A DNA stretch of 64,000 nt from an uncultured delta proteobacterium (lineage in GTDB: Bacteria > Desulfobacterota > RBG-13-43-22): positions 32,001-96,000 of the forward strand of contig CAWBOS010000015.1 in assembly GCA_963790475.1 (NCBI GenBank), read 5' to 3'. The position numbers and the translations under genes are program-made. Within the stretch, counting starts at the first letter, position 1. Every line of letters begins with the position of its first letter. Under the pieces are notes generated by a model. It was not told where the DNA came from. It saw only the letters and a program-made list of their open reading frames with translations, and made no database searches. Shown piece after piece: positions 36,795-47,629 of this stretch.

Positions 36795-38003
36795 TTAAAG
36801 GATGACTTTTTTCTCTTTGAATTGGCCTATATCTTCCCAAGTATAACCCATCTCCAGCAGGACTTCCTCGGTATGCTGGCCGAATTCCGGGGCTCCAAAA
36901 GGGGTACGCTCGGGTGTGCCCTTCAACTGGATCGGGCAGCGGATACCCTTGAGCTTACCGTAACTGAAGTGCTCGTACTCTATAATGTATTCGTTTTCCA
37001 GGGCTATCGGGTCTTTAATAACTTCCGTTGGGGTCAGGGCCGGGGCCCAGATCAGGCCGTTTTCATCAAAGCGCGGCCCCCAATATTCGCGGGATTGTTT
37101 GGCGAATAATGCGTCCAGTTCCCTGATGATCGTCGCGCTGTCCTGGCATCGATCGACATGGGTCGGATACTTGGCCTCCCATTCCGGTTTGTCCACGGCC
37201 TTGCACACCCCGGACCAGAAGCGGTCGGTCTCCAGCATCTGGAACATAAAATACTTGCCCCCCTGGGCCTCATAGGTATTGTACAAGGGGTTGCCCTGGG
37301 TAAGGCGCGACTGCCTGCCCATCTCCATCTTATAGACCAGGGCGCCCTGAATATCGATGCCGGCGACCCACATGCCGTTACCATAAAGAGAAAGCTCCAC
37401 CAGCTGGCCCTTTCCGGTCCTCTCCCTGGCAAACAAGGCCAGGGTTATACCGCCCAGGGCGAACATGCCGGTCGTGTTGTCGCCCATCGCGCCGCGCAGG
37501 GGAACGGGCGGTGTTCCCGGCTCTCCCATGGTCGACATGATCCCTGAGCGCGTCCAGAAGGCGGTCTCATCGAAAGCCGGCCAGTTGGCGCCGGGGCCTT
37601 TGGAACCATAACCGGTGATGTTGCAGTAAACCAGCCGGGGGTTGATCTGATTCAGGGTATCATAATCCAGCTTGGCCCGTTTCAGGGTAGCCGGGCGTAA
37701 ATTGGCCAGGAAAACATCCGCTTCCTTGATCATCTTATGCATGATCCTGTGGCTCTCTTCCTGTTTCAAGTCAAGAGCGATGCACCTTTTGCTTCGATTA
37801 GCCATCTCCCACATCCAGTTGTAGGTATTGGCCAGCTCAGCAGGCAGGGCTCCCGAGCTTAAGATGCCGCGAAGCGGATCACCCTCAATGGGCTCGGCCC
37901 GCACCACGTCGGCTCCATGCTCCCCCAGCCACATGCCGCAGGTCGGCCCGGCAAACCATGTGGAAACCTCCACTACCTTAACACCACTCAAAGCTGATTC
38001 CAT
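36795..38003 (-). CDS. CaiB/BaiF family III CoA-transferase
   Basis: LSGVKVVE, AGP, GADV, NRSKR..LDLK, ITGYG..GP, catalytic GD, APEFGQHTEEVL. Confidence 0.93.
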   Translation of the reverse strand: MESALSGVKVVEVSTWFAGPTCGMWLGEHGADVVRAEPIEGDPLRGILSSGALPAELANTYNWMWEMANRSKRCIALDLKQEESHRIMHKMIKEADVFLANLRPATLKRAKLDYDTLNQINPRLVYCNITGYGSKGPGANWPAFDETAFWTRSGIMSTMGEPGTPPVPLRGAMGDNTTGMFALGGITLALFARERTGKGQLVELSLYGNGMWVAGIDIQGALVYKMEMGRQSRLTQGNPLYNTYEAQGGKYFMFQMLETDRFWSGVCKAVDKPEWEAKYPTHVDRCQDSATIIRELDALFAKQSREYWGPRFDENGLIWAPALTPTEVIKDPIALENEYIIEYEHFSYGKLKGIRCPIQLKGTPERTPFGAPEFGQHTEEVLLEMGYTWEDIGQFKEKKVIL

Positions 38004-38083
38004 TCGGGTACCTCCCATCCAAATATTATTTTCCGGTTAAACAAGAGTTTCAGGCCATCAGCAACCGGGAGCTTGAATTTCGT

Positions 38084-39523
38084 CTAGGCTGATAATTTCT
38101 CTTCCGCCTCAGCCAGCGTCGCATCGGCGATTTTTTGCAGGTTCTCCGCCAGGTCGATCCCTTGGCCTTTTAAATAGGACTTGCGGGCGAAATACCAAAT
38201 AAGGCCGACCATCAGAAAGCCGATGAAGACCAAAACTACCCAGGGGGTCTTGGTCGGATTGCCTTTGGCGTCCATCGTGTCCAGAAAAATACCCATGAGC
38301 AGGATAAAACCGGAGGTAACGCAGACACCGATAAAGGTGAACCACCGCCAGAAACCCCCAAACCTGAAGATCGATTTCTTGTAGAGGTCGGGAAGTTTCT
38401 GGGGAAAGCGCAACACGCAATAGGCGCCGATGATCTGGATCACCATCAAGGCCAGCACCGTGGCCAGGGCATATTTATCGATTTCAGCGGCAGTCAGAAC
38501 TCCAATAAACTCCAGTATGGTGACAATGAGGATGGCCAGAGCCGGTGTCTTATATTTGGGGTGCAGGTTGGCCACAGCCTTGGGGAACAGCCCGTCACGG
38601 GCCCAGGCCATCAAATCCCTGCCGGCTGACCAGGTCAGGGCATTGATGGTGGTGAGAATGGCTCCCATGGCCGCGATAAAGATAATCCAGATGCCCCAGC
38701 CCGGCATCAGTTTGTCCGCATCGATCATAATGGCCGAAGCGCCCTCCTTAACTGCGGCCGGAGCACCCATGGAGGCCACCAGGGCAAAGGGCTGCCAGAT
38801 GTAGAGTGCCAGTATGATCAAGAAGGAGATGACCAGCGCCAAGGGCAGATTGCGCCGGGGATTTTTAACATCGCCTCCAATATCGGCCAGAGCCACCAGG
38901 CCGGCCCAGGAGAAGCTGGCCAGTACTGTAGCCACGATGAACATCATGACCCCCCCGGAGAATAAGGGAGTCATATGGGCCGGGTTGTAGTTGGCCGAAC
39001 CTGCAAGGCTGAAGATGATCATGCCGATGACGAAGGCCAGGAACAAAATGATCTGAACCACACTGGCGACTTCCACGCCCAGGAAGTTGAGCAGGGAGAA
39101 AAACAGCAGAACCGCCAGGGGCAGGATCAGCGGATGCAGATTGAAACCGGGATTGAAGGATTGAATAAAGGTGACCACATATTTTCCGAAACCCACAGCC
39201 ACCAGCACATTGGAGGCGATCAGGGCCAGCACCGCCGAAAAGGAAAGGATGGCGCCCCAAGCCGGGTTCAACACCCTGGTCACCGCCACATAGTTGGCCC
39301 CGGTAACCGGCAGTGTGCCGGTCAGCTGTATCTGGTAGAGGACCACGAAAAGAGCGGGGATAGCCGCTGCCGCATAACACAGGTACACGCTCGCGCCGGT
39401 CATTCCGATCAGTGTAGGCACCAGTATGAAAATGGAAGCCCCTACTACCAGCCCGGTGATCATAGCCACTGCTTCAAAAAGGCCCACCTTGCGTTGCAAA
39501 ACTTCAGTTTTTTGTTCTGCCAT
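38084..39523 (-). CDS. APC-family amino acid permease
   Basis: About 12 TM helices; GASIF, DVKNPRRNLP, ARDGLFP, KTP motifs. Confidence 0.9.
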   Translation of the reverse strand: MAEQKTEVLQRKVGLFEAVAMITGLVVGASIFILVPTLIGMTGASVYLCYAAAAIPALFVVLYQIQLTGTLPVTGANYVAVTRVLNPAWGAILSFSAVLALIASNVLVAVGFGKYVVTFIQSFNPGFNLHPLILPLAVLLFFSLLNFLGVEVASVVQIILFLAFVIGMIIFSLAGSANYNPAHMTPLFSGGVMMFIVATVLASFSWAGLVALADIGGDVKNPRRNLPLALVISFLIILALYIWQPFALVASMGAPAAVKEGASAIMIDADKLMPGWGIWIIFIAAMGAILTTINALTWSAGRDLMAWARDGLFPKAVANLHPKYKTPALAILIVTILEFIGVLTAAEIDKYALATVLALMVIQIIGAYCVLRFPQKLPDLYKKSIFRFGGFWRWFTFIGVCVTSGFILLMGIFLDTMDAKGNPTKTPWVVLVFIGFLMVGLIWYFARKSYLKGQGIDLAENLQKIADATLAEAEEKLSA

Positions 39524-39945
39524 TTTTTCCTCCCGATAAAATTTTTGAGTTTGATCCGTATTTGGGCTTTGTTCTTCTCTTATCTCGTAACTATCACCCT
39601 CTTCCTCTGGTTATTTGCTGCCAAAGTATAATAGAGGCTAATTCACATGCAGAACCGATTCTGTAAATGGTTTAACCCCAACTGTTTTATCTAACCTCCA
39701 TTAAAACCAAAAACCCCGCCTTTCTTTTGAAAAACGGGGTCCACTATTTTTCCATCGACACTCCTTTGGTTTAAGGGTTGCCTGCAAGAAAACGGTTTAA
39801 TATTACTTGAGAATTTTTATCTTTTCACAATCTAAAAGTCAAATAAAATCCTTAGGACATTATTTTACCAGAAAGGGGGTTAGTACCACCTACAACTCTT
39901 GAATGGGAACTGGAATGAAAAAGAATGATTACAGGCTGAAGGTTA

Positions 39946-40014
39946 GCATAGCCTTTGAGATGAGCGGACAGCAGAGGCGGGCCGGAGTGGGTCCGCCTGA
40001 TAGAAGGGTTAGGC
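39946..40014 (-). mobile_element. attC-like integron recombination site
   Basis: Minus strand GCCTAAC (RYYYAAC, contains gene stop)-CCTTC-TATCAGGCGGAC...GTCCGCTCATCT-CAAAG-GCTATGC (degenerate GTTRRRY); 69 bp imperfect palindrome. Confidence 0.7.
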
Positions 40015-40782
40015 ACCGGCGGCAAACACATACCGAGGATAGGTTCGCCGTGCTGCGACTGTGGCCGTAAGGTCGATATCCAGTGTGCGGAACGGTGCCT
40101 GGCTGCAAGTCTTTGCCAGTATTTCGCCGTCCGGACTGATGATCCAGCCGACGCCGCCGCACGAACCGTCCGGGTGTACGCGGTTTGATGACATACTGAA
40201 GGCCGCCGAACGAACTGCTGCAACCGTACCGACTGACAGCCACTGGTTCGTTGTTGCGGCAGATGTGGCCCGCGGGGACAGGACGGCGTTGATGTTCAGC
40301 AAGGCATAAGAACTGTAGGTTTCCAGCGCCCACAGCTCGGTGCAGATGTTCAACCCGAACGACAAGTCTCCAGCAGTGAACTGCGGGAACTCCCGATCTC
40401 CCTGGGCGAACCAGCGAGCTTCCCAGCCGCCAGGCTCGTTGGGCAGGAAGTACTTCCTGCGAAGTGGGATAAGGCCTCCCTCGTTGGACCAGACGAAGCC
40501 CTCGTTGTAGTGCTGACCGGCCTACAGTGAGACCGGTCGAGCGCCTACGACGTGTGATGCCTGGAGCTCAGGTAGGCGGCGAAGCCAGGTGTTGCACGTC
40601 GCCTCGGCCGTGGCCCAGAGTAAGGAGTCGAAGCGATCGGTTTCCCAAACTGGTTCAACGAAGGCAAACTCAGGCAGCAGCACCAGTTCCGAACGATGTT
40701 GCCTGGTGTGCTCGCAGAGGGATGCCCATGAAACAGCAAGAGGCCCGGGCTGATGTGATAACTCACAGACAGTGACTCGCAT
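40009..40782 (-). pseudogene. carbon-nitrogen hydrolase (nitrilase family) with in-frame TAG at 40522-40524
   Basis: One frame throughout: LLPEF (Glu), ...PVSL*AGQHYNEGF..RRKYFLP (Lys), NICTELW (Cys), GWIISPDGEIL. Confidence 0.8.
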
Positions 40783-41063
40783 GGTTTCCTTTCGGTGCCT
40801 GACAAGTTATTCTAAAGTTCTATATGACTCCCCAACTCAAAATATCCCTCCTGAACGTTGGGCCTTTAATATCTCCTTAGGCCTCAGCGCTCGTACGAGA
40901 GAGGGTTGAAAGGGCAGAAGTCGCGCTCTTGCAGGAGAAGGCTGACTGAAACCCTTGACCACAATCCACGCATTTATCAATCCCTCATCCACAGCCGGCG
41001 CAAGCAGGATTATGCAAATCAAGGACTTGGTTAACCTTCAACGATATTGTTCCAGGTCCTGGC

Positions 41064-42239
41064 CTATATACCCAGTCGTTTTCTCATATCGTCCATCAAC
41101 CTAATAAGGTCAATCTCCCCGGCGGGTTGCTTCCTCGCTTCCAGTACCTTCGCAGTTGTTTTACTGATGGCGAGCGCCCTGGGATTCACATTCTTCTGCC
41201 TGGACTCGTTAAGTATCTGCGTGGAAATTGGCCCGATGTAATTGTTCACAACCTTAAAGACATCGTCGGATTTACCACCCAGCACATCCACAACGCCAAG
41301 GATGACGCCGCCTGCATTTGATATAAAATCAGGCACGGACAGCACACCTTTCTTGAATAGTATTTCCTCCGCCTCGTCCGTTATTGGGACATTGGCAATG
41401 CTGGAAATTACTTTGGCCTTGATGGCTTCGACGTTATTCCTGGTAATAAGATGCGGCCTGGCGCCGGGTATAAGCACGTCCACCGGAAGGCTGTATATTT
41501 CCTGTGGTTTCATGTGCTTGGCATCTTTATAGCCGGAGACCGCTTGGTCACCGGAAGTCTTGCGGGACTTCAGCAGCGCCTTTACATCCAGGCCATCCCT
41601 ATTATAAATGGTCCCATCGATGGTGGATAAAGCCACAACCTTAGCCCCTGCTTCAGTGATATAGCGCAATACGCCGCTGCCGACTTTCCCGAAACCCTCG
41701 ACAGCCACCCTTGCTCCCTTGATATCAATGCCGGCCAGCTTGCAGGCAGTCAGTGCCGCGACCACGACGCCGTAGCCAGTGACATAATCTTCCAGCGGCT
41801 CACCATTTATTTTTTGAGTTGACAGTCCGGTAAATCTCTGGGGGATGCCTGCGCCTTCGAAGAACAGGGCTACATCGTCATTATCAGTGCCCATATCGGC
41901 GGCCATAATAATCCCTGAGCTGAGCAGGGGTTTAATGGCCTTGCCGAAAGACATCATCAATTCCTTGCGCTTCTGGCCTTTTATGGCAGGGTCTGCCCAG
42001 ATGCCTGCCTTGGCGCCGCCGACAGGGAAGTCCAGTATGGCATATTTGTGGGTCATAGCACGGGCAAGCCGAAAAATCTCGTCGGTGGTGATATCGGGCA
42101 GCATGCGTGTCCCACCCCCGGCACCGGCAAGCGACACGGTATCAACGACAACAACACCCTTCATTCCCGTATCGGGATCATAAACGTGTACTATTTTCTG
42201 TGGCCCCAATGGGTCGATCATTTTCATCCATTCAGACAT
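41064..42239 (-). CDS. Glu/Leu/Phe/Val dehydrogenase family
   Basis: GGTRM, LARAMTHK, GGAKAG, ADMGT, EGFGKVG, PDFISNAGGV; GAGGAGG RBS before ATG 42239. Confidence 0.9.
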   Translation of the reverse strand: MSEWMKMIDPLGPQKIVHVYDPDTGMKGVVVVDTVSLAGAGGGTRMLPDITTDEIFRLARAMTHKYAILDFPVGGAKAGIWADPAIKGQKRKELMMSFGKAIKPLLSSGIIMAADMGTDNDDVALFFEGAGIPQRFTGLSTQKINGEPLEDYVTGYGVVVAALTACKLAGIDIKGARVAVEGFGKVGSGVLRYITEAGAKVVALSTIDGTIYNRDGLDVKALLKSRKTSGDQAVSGYKDAKHMKPQEIYSLPVDVLIPGARPHLITRNNVEAIKAKVISSIANVPITDEAEEILFKKGVLSVPDFISNAGGVILGVVDVLGGKSDDVFKVVNNYIGPISTQILNESRQKNVNPRALAISKTTAKVLEARKQPAGEIDLIRLMDDMRKRLGI

Positions 42240-42258
42240 TACTTTCCTCCTCGTATTT

Positions 42259-43362
42259 TCATACCGTATGGGATTCATTTTCCGTATCCTTCAGACACGG
42301 TATCAGATTGTCCTGAAAACACCAATGCAGCGTTCCCGGCAGCAGTGCGTAATCATGGCTTTTCTTGATAAGGTCCGTGAAGTCCACACCGTTATAGGTA
42401 TTCCAGAACAGTAAGGGGGCGCTTTTCATTTCCGGGTGCCTTTTTATGAAATCAAGCATGGCCGCCATCGTTTTGGCCGTATAAGTGAGGTCCAACCTGA
42501 TGCCTTCGGTCTGTTCCACCAGGCCCAGGGCCTGCTCCCCTTCCCGGGTAATGGCCCCGTATTCCTCTCCGAAGAAATCATGGGTGACCAGTAGATCATC
42601 CATCGTGAATTTGAGCGGGGCCACGTCCTTATCATACTTCCTCATGAGGGATACTAGGCGATTAGCCAGGCGCACGGTTTTTTGTGGATCTGTGACCCAT
42701 TCCATGGCAACGCGCACGCCGTACACCCTGGTCTTCATACCCGACAACCTGGTACCCAGCATAAGTCCGGCCAGCGTACCCTTGGAACCAAGCGGGCAGA
42801 AGATATATTCCGGCTCGGGCAGCAGTCCATCGTCTATTTGCTTCTTTAGCTCGAGCGCGGCATTGACATAGCCGAGGCTTCCCAACGTCGACGAGCCGCC
42901 GGGAGGTATGAAATACACGTTCCCATGCCTCAGATAAATACCGGCTGTTTGCAGGCCTCCTATAATATTATTCGGCGCATAGTGTATCTCCGCCCCGAAA
43001 TGGTGATCGAGGAGAAGGTTCTCCTGCACGTGGTCGGTCAACGGCTGGCGGATGAGCACCAGGGCCGTCTTCAGGCCCAGCCGCCGGGCATGGATGGTGG
43101 TGGCGAGTCCGTGATTAGTGCCGATTCCCCCGTAAGTAATGACCCATTTACAGCTTCGACGCCGGGCATCCGCCAGTATGAATTCCAGTTTGCGTGCCTT
43201 GTTACCGCCGTAGAGGTCGGACGACCTATCGTCGCACTTGATCCAGAGATTGTTGTGGCCAATAATTTTTCCCAGATTATCCAGTCTCGCAACAGGTGTA
43301 GGCAAGGTGGCTAAAGACACCCAGGGCACATGCTTTTCAAGCCCGCCGTACTTTTCAAACAA
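42259..43362 (-). CDS. PLP-dependent D-cysteine desulfhydrase / ACC deaminase family
   Basis: LPTPV, GGNKARKLE (PLP Lys), IPPGGS..G.LGY, GS.GTLAG, LDLTYTAK. Confidence 0.9.
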   Translation of the reverse strand: MFEKYGGLEKHVPWVSLATLPTPVARLDNLGKIIGHNNLWIKCDDRSSDLYGGNKARKLEFILADARRRSCKWVITYGGIGTNHGLATTIHARRLGLKTALVLIRQPLTDHVQENLLLDHHFGAEIHYAPNNIIGGLQTAGIYLRHGNVYFIPPGGSSTLGSLGYVNAALELKKQIDDGLLPEPEYIFCPLGSKGTLAGLMLGTRLSGMKTRVYGVRVAMEWVTDPQKTVRLANRLVSLMRKYDKDVAPLKFTMDDLLVTHDFFGEEYGAITREGEQALGLVEQTEGIRLDLTYTAKTMAAMLDFIKRHPEMKSAPLLFWNTYNGVDFTDLIKKSHDYALLPGTLHWCFQDNLIPCLKDTENESHTV

Positions 43363-43813
43363 AGGTAATTTCAGAGTCTTACTCCCGAAATTTCATCATT
43401 ATGTAGATTACCTATCAGCCATATTTAATGGTTATCCTGCCAGGCATCATACGGTGAGTTTTTCTTATACTCGACCAGCGTGGCATCGGTCAACTTGGTA
43501 AGGTTGGCTGCAGGCGATGCTGGAAGACAGGTTACCATACTGATCCGGCCTTTGTATGGGTCAAATTATACATGTTTTTGGGATTAGCAAATAGTGGGAT
43601 TTATGCTTCAAATGGGATCATTCTTTTGAATGTGTTTTCCCCAAATTACCCTGTAAACTCTTCCATTTTTTGGTTTATAGCCCATTGCCGGGTACAAAGA
43701 AGAATTGTATGAAAAGAGGGGACTCTATTTCAAATAAATTCTATTCTGGCTAAGAAATAATAAAGTATCTCCCCATTAATATCACATAATTGATAAAAAA
43801 ATTCGGCCAATAA

Positions 43814-45118
43814 TCAGTCTTTTTTCTCTCCAACCAGATGTTTGGAAAGTCGCTTACCCAGCCCGATGATGGTATTTGTGGGTGGCAATCCCCATGCTTC
43901 CGGTATAACGGAGCAATCGCAAACATAAAGGTTATCATACTCGGTTTTTAGATTCGAATCGACAATATCTCCGACTTTCGCGGAACCTCCTGGATGGGAA
44001 GCCAGGTAACTTGTTTTAAATATCCCTTTCGCTCCCGCATTTTTCAGTATCTCTTTGGCTCGTTCATATCCTCGATCGAGTTTCCGCTTTTCTTTTTTAT
44101 CCAGGATCTTTCTAACACCTCCACTGTCCGTTAGACTGCCTCCCAGCTCATCTTTGGCTTTAATCATGATCTGGAGTGTTCTTTCCCGTGAAAAAACCTT
44201 ATCCGGTCTGAAGGCAACGGCTGCCAATGCCGCTGATGTTGCAAAGGGATGGGACATGTCCGTCATCATGTAGCCTTCGTCTTCCAGGTGAATCCCGCAT
44301 GACATCGGGATTTCACTTAATGGCACCTCCAGGTCTTTAATAGATCCCCGGACACCAATCAAGGGGTCGAAAAAGAAATTATAACCCGCTCCTTTGATAC
44401 CGCTGGCTCGCAGGATAACAGGCGAACCAATGCCTCCGGCAGATATTACTATAGTAGGGGCAAATACCTTAAAAATCTTTCCCTTTTTTCTATATTCAAC
44501 GCCAACAGCACTTTTTCCTTCAAAAATCACTTTTGTGACTTTGGCCCTCTCGATCAACACTCCACCATGAGCGAGGGCCTCGTCTATGTACATTCTTGCG
44601 CTCCATTTCACACCATATGGATCTCCAAAATGGCCAAAGGGAAAATCCCGATTCCAGCGGTCCTGGTACATAAATTTATCCAGCTTACGCCAGCTATAAC
44701 CAAGATCCTGAGCGCTCTCCATAATCCGTCTCGACATCGGGCCTATCATTTCGTCTTTAAGCGGTGCTACCGGAAGTTCATTCCGAATTTCTTCAGCTTC
44801 CGTTGTCAGGTCAATACCATGGCGCTTGAGCATCTCGAAGGGCACAGGAAAACACGTTGCATAGTAATAAACGGTGCTTCCTCCTGTTGTGATACCCCTC
44901 ACCACTCCCAGTAACTGTCTGGTTAAAAGCATACCCTTCCCCGGAAAAAGTAAAGTCTTGGCCCCATACCAGAAACTGCCTGTTAAGGGATTGTTATCCC
45001 CCCACTCTAAAATGAGCACCTTCTTTTTTCTCAAGGTCAATTCTTTGGCGACTGTAGCTCCACCTGGTCCAGAGCCCACGATAATGAACTCGGTATCTGT
45101 TTCTCTTCCTTTGTTCAT
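43814..45118 (-). CDS. GMC-family FAD oxidoreductase
   Basis: IIVGSGPGG, GGST, SAGGIGSP.IL..SGI, HPGGS, NLYVCDCSVIP. Confidence 0.88.
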   Translation of the reverse strand: MNKGRETDTEFIIVGSGPGGATVAKELTLRKKKVLILEWGDNNPLTGSFWYGAKTLLFPGKGMLLTRQLLGVVRGITTGGSTVYYYATCFPVPFEMLKRHGIDLTTEAEEIRNELPVAPLKDEMIGPMSRRIMESAQDLGYSWRKLDKFMYQDRWNRDFPFGHFGDPYGVKWSARMYIDEALAHGGVLIERAKVTKVIFEGKSAVGVEYRKKGKIFKVFAPTIVISAGGIGSPVILRASGIKGAGYNFFFDPLIGVRGSIKDLEVPLSEIPMSCGIHLEDEGYMMTDMSHPFATSAALAAVAFRPDKVFSRERTLQIMIKAKDELGGSLTDSGGVRKILDKKEKRKLDRGYERAKEILKNAGAKGIFKTSYLASHPGGSAKVGDIVDSNLKTEYDNLYVCDCSVIPEAWGLPPTNTIIGLGKRLSKHLVGEKKD

Positions 45119-45639
45119 CTTCCCTCTCCGCTATAAAGTTATCCAAAAATAAAAAAACCTCACTACTCAGCTGAGAAATGGGGTTCTTTGAATCTTCATC
45201 CGATAACCTCTTTAAAAGGCCCAACGCAAAAAAAGCTCCGATATTTGAAAGAATATTATTTTTATTGGAACAATGTCAAGACCTATAGCTCTGACCGCCT
45301 TCTGCTAAAGATTATCGATGAAGCCTTGTGTTTTCCCGGAAAAGCAATGTGAAAAATTTCAGGAGAGAACTATTTTATTTTCCTTGAAAATTTGTCTTTA
45401 CAAGTTTTTTGCTTGAGCAAGTATTTTGCTTGCTGATTACTATTTGAACTTACTCGACCATCCCGACAAAAAAAGAAATGGCTCAGAACGTCATTTCAAT
45501 AGATGGATAAGGATTGAGGTCCTCCTGATTTTATTTTTGACGAAGCCCCCTGGAGTAGAGTAGGTGTCAAGCTTGTTGCGGTTTATGGTCAAGATGGATT
45601 TCAGAGCCCGGCCATCGAGAGCCTGCCAATTTGGAATTT

Positions 45640-47055
45640 CTACTCTCCATGTCCCGTTATCTCCCTCGTCCGTTCTTTCCAGTTAACTCCCTTTTTTTTC
45701 AGCCAGTTCACTCGCAGGAAATAATAGATGGTATAGAGTAGAGTGAGTCCGATCAGGAGCCCAAGTATCAAGGCCGTATTCTTATAGTCCAGCATTACTA
45801 GCACGACAAAAGGAAGGCTGGTGACGGCAGTAATTATGGCCAGGATAATAAGCCAGATCCTGGGGATCCGGATGTAGGCCCTATTGTATTCTGCAAGGTA
45901 CCTGGTGGGCAGGTTGATAACTGCAAATGCGCTTATGACGGTCATGAGAAGGATGCCAACTGCAGCCATGACGCCATAGAAATCTAGATCTATATTTATA
46001 AATTGAAGAAAAAGCAAGATAAATACAATTAAGAAGTAAAGACCGATGGCGCGCAAAGGTGTTAGTGTCCTTGGGCTGACCTTACCGATACCTGATGGCA
46101 GCAGGTCATCGCGCGCCTGAGACAGTATTTCACGCGGTAACGCTATTGCGCCGGCATTGAGGGCGGTCAACGCTGCAAAAAACGCTCCGAAACCAAGAAA
46201 GGCTACCAATCCCTCGGGCAAAAATGTCCTGGCCGAGTCCAGGAGAGGGGCTTTCATTTTCATCAAGGCTTCATAGTTATATGGCATTGAACCTGTGAAG
46301 ACTACCCCGACAAAAATATAGATAACCAACACGATTATTCCGCCAATGACCATTGCCAGCGGTATGTTCCGTTTCGGGTTTTTCATTTCCTCGCCCATTT
46401 CGGCAATAACCTGGAAGCCCATGCAGGCGCTATAACACAGGACCACCGCCAGCACCATTCCGCTTATACCCTTAGGGGAGAAGAAAGATAGTTGGATTGG
46501 GTGGGTTACCACGAATAGGCCGGCTGCGATAAATAGAACGAGGGCGAGAACCTTGAGGATGACCATGATTATTTGCACCCAGTTGGCAAGTTGAAGCTTA
46601 AAAAGGTAAAGCCCCATAAACAGGACGGGGATTATAAGCGACAGAATCTTAATTTCTAATGCCTTATCGATGTCCCAAGCCCAGTAAGCTGCCACATTGC
46701 CGGCGAAGCCGATACAAACAAAGCATGTCGAGCACGCACCGCCAACAATGGCCCATAATGAGGTAATGCTTCCCCAATAAGGATTGGAAAGTCGGCTGGT
46801 AGCGAGGTAGGCCAAACCGGCTCGCGGTATGGCACTAGCCCCTTGGATTATCGGAATCACCCCTACGGCAGAGATAATGATTGCAATCGTGAACGCCAGC
46901 CACATGGCGTTGCCCGCATTGGCTGTAATCGGGGCTAGCAATGCATATATACCCATGCCGATGATACTGCCCACGACAAGGGCTATTCCTCCACCCAGGC
47001 CGAAAGCCCTGCCGAGTTTGACTTCCCGGGAATGTCCGGATTTGACTTGTGCCAT
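45640..47055 (-). CDS. APC-family amino acid permease
   Basis: IIGMGIY, GFQ...GEEMKNPKRNIP, ARD..LP; about 12 TM helices. Confidence 0.9.
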   Translation of the reverse strand: MAQVKSGHSREVKLGRAFGLGGGIALVVGSIIGMGIYALLAPITANAGNAMWLAFTIAIIISAVGVIPIIQGASAIPRAGLAYLATSRLSNPYWGSITSLWAIVGGACSTCFVCIGFAGNVAAYWAWDIDKALEIKILSLIIPVLFMGLYLFKLQLANWVQIIMVILKVLALVLFIAAGLFVVTHPIQLSFFSPKGISGMVLAVVLCYSACMGFQVIAEMGEEMKNPKRNIPLAMVIGGIIVLVIYIFVGVVFTGSMPYNYEALMKMKAPLLDSARTFLPEGLVAFLGFGAFFAALTALNAGAIALPREILSQARDDLLPSGIGKVSPRTLTPLRAIGLYFLIVFILLFLQFINIDLDFYGVMAAVGILLMTVISAFAVINLPTRYLAEYNRAYIRIPRIWLIILAIITAVTSLPFVVLVMLDYKNTALILGLLIGLTLLYTIYYFLRVNWLKKKGVNWKERTREITGHGE

Positions 47056-47286
47056 GTTATTTCAGTACTCCTTATTTAATATCGAGATTAATTAAATATT
47101 TAGTGAGCAAAAATCTTGGCGGCTTTCTCTTAACCTACTTAATTCTTAATGATATTTCGACCTTTATTGAATACACCTACAAGTCTTTCACCGAGCATAT
47201 CATGAAAAATGAGTATTTCCAATTGAACTAAACAAGACATTAATGGTTAGGTCAAACATAGGGGCTTTTTTGTTTTAACAATTCAA

Positions 47287-47410
47287 GTTGATCCACGGAT
47301 GTGCCCCCACTGCCAGAAGGTGATGCAGATCATCATAATTATTGAGGACCAGGAACCTATCGAGAGCCTCAAGGTCGAACGAGTGATCGACAAGATTTTA
47401 GGGCATTGGG
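47287..47410 (+). pseudogene. remnant resembling the C-terminal zinc-finger tail of IS91-like transposases
   Basis: Manual translation VDPRMCPHCQKVMQIIIIIEDQE...VIDKILGH, cf. VDPLxCPxC..M.II.FIED..VI.KIL.HL. Confidence 0.5.
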
Positions 47411-47629
47411 TATTGGTCCCTAAAAAGGTTGGTTAACAAATATCGTTTGTGCTATGTCGTTTTTCCAATAATCTAATTTTTTATGTTTCAGGAAGGAATT
47501 GCCGAGAAATACTTAATCTGGTGGCTGGCTTTTAAGCTCCCAGTAATCGGTAATGTCACAAAAAAGGTGGGATCGAAAATGTCAACCCCACCTTTTTTAA
47601 TGAATTTGAATAAACTATTTTTAAAAAAA

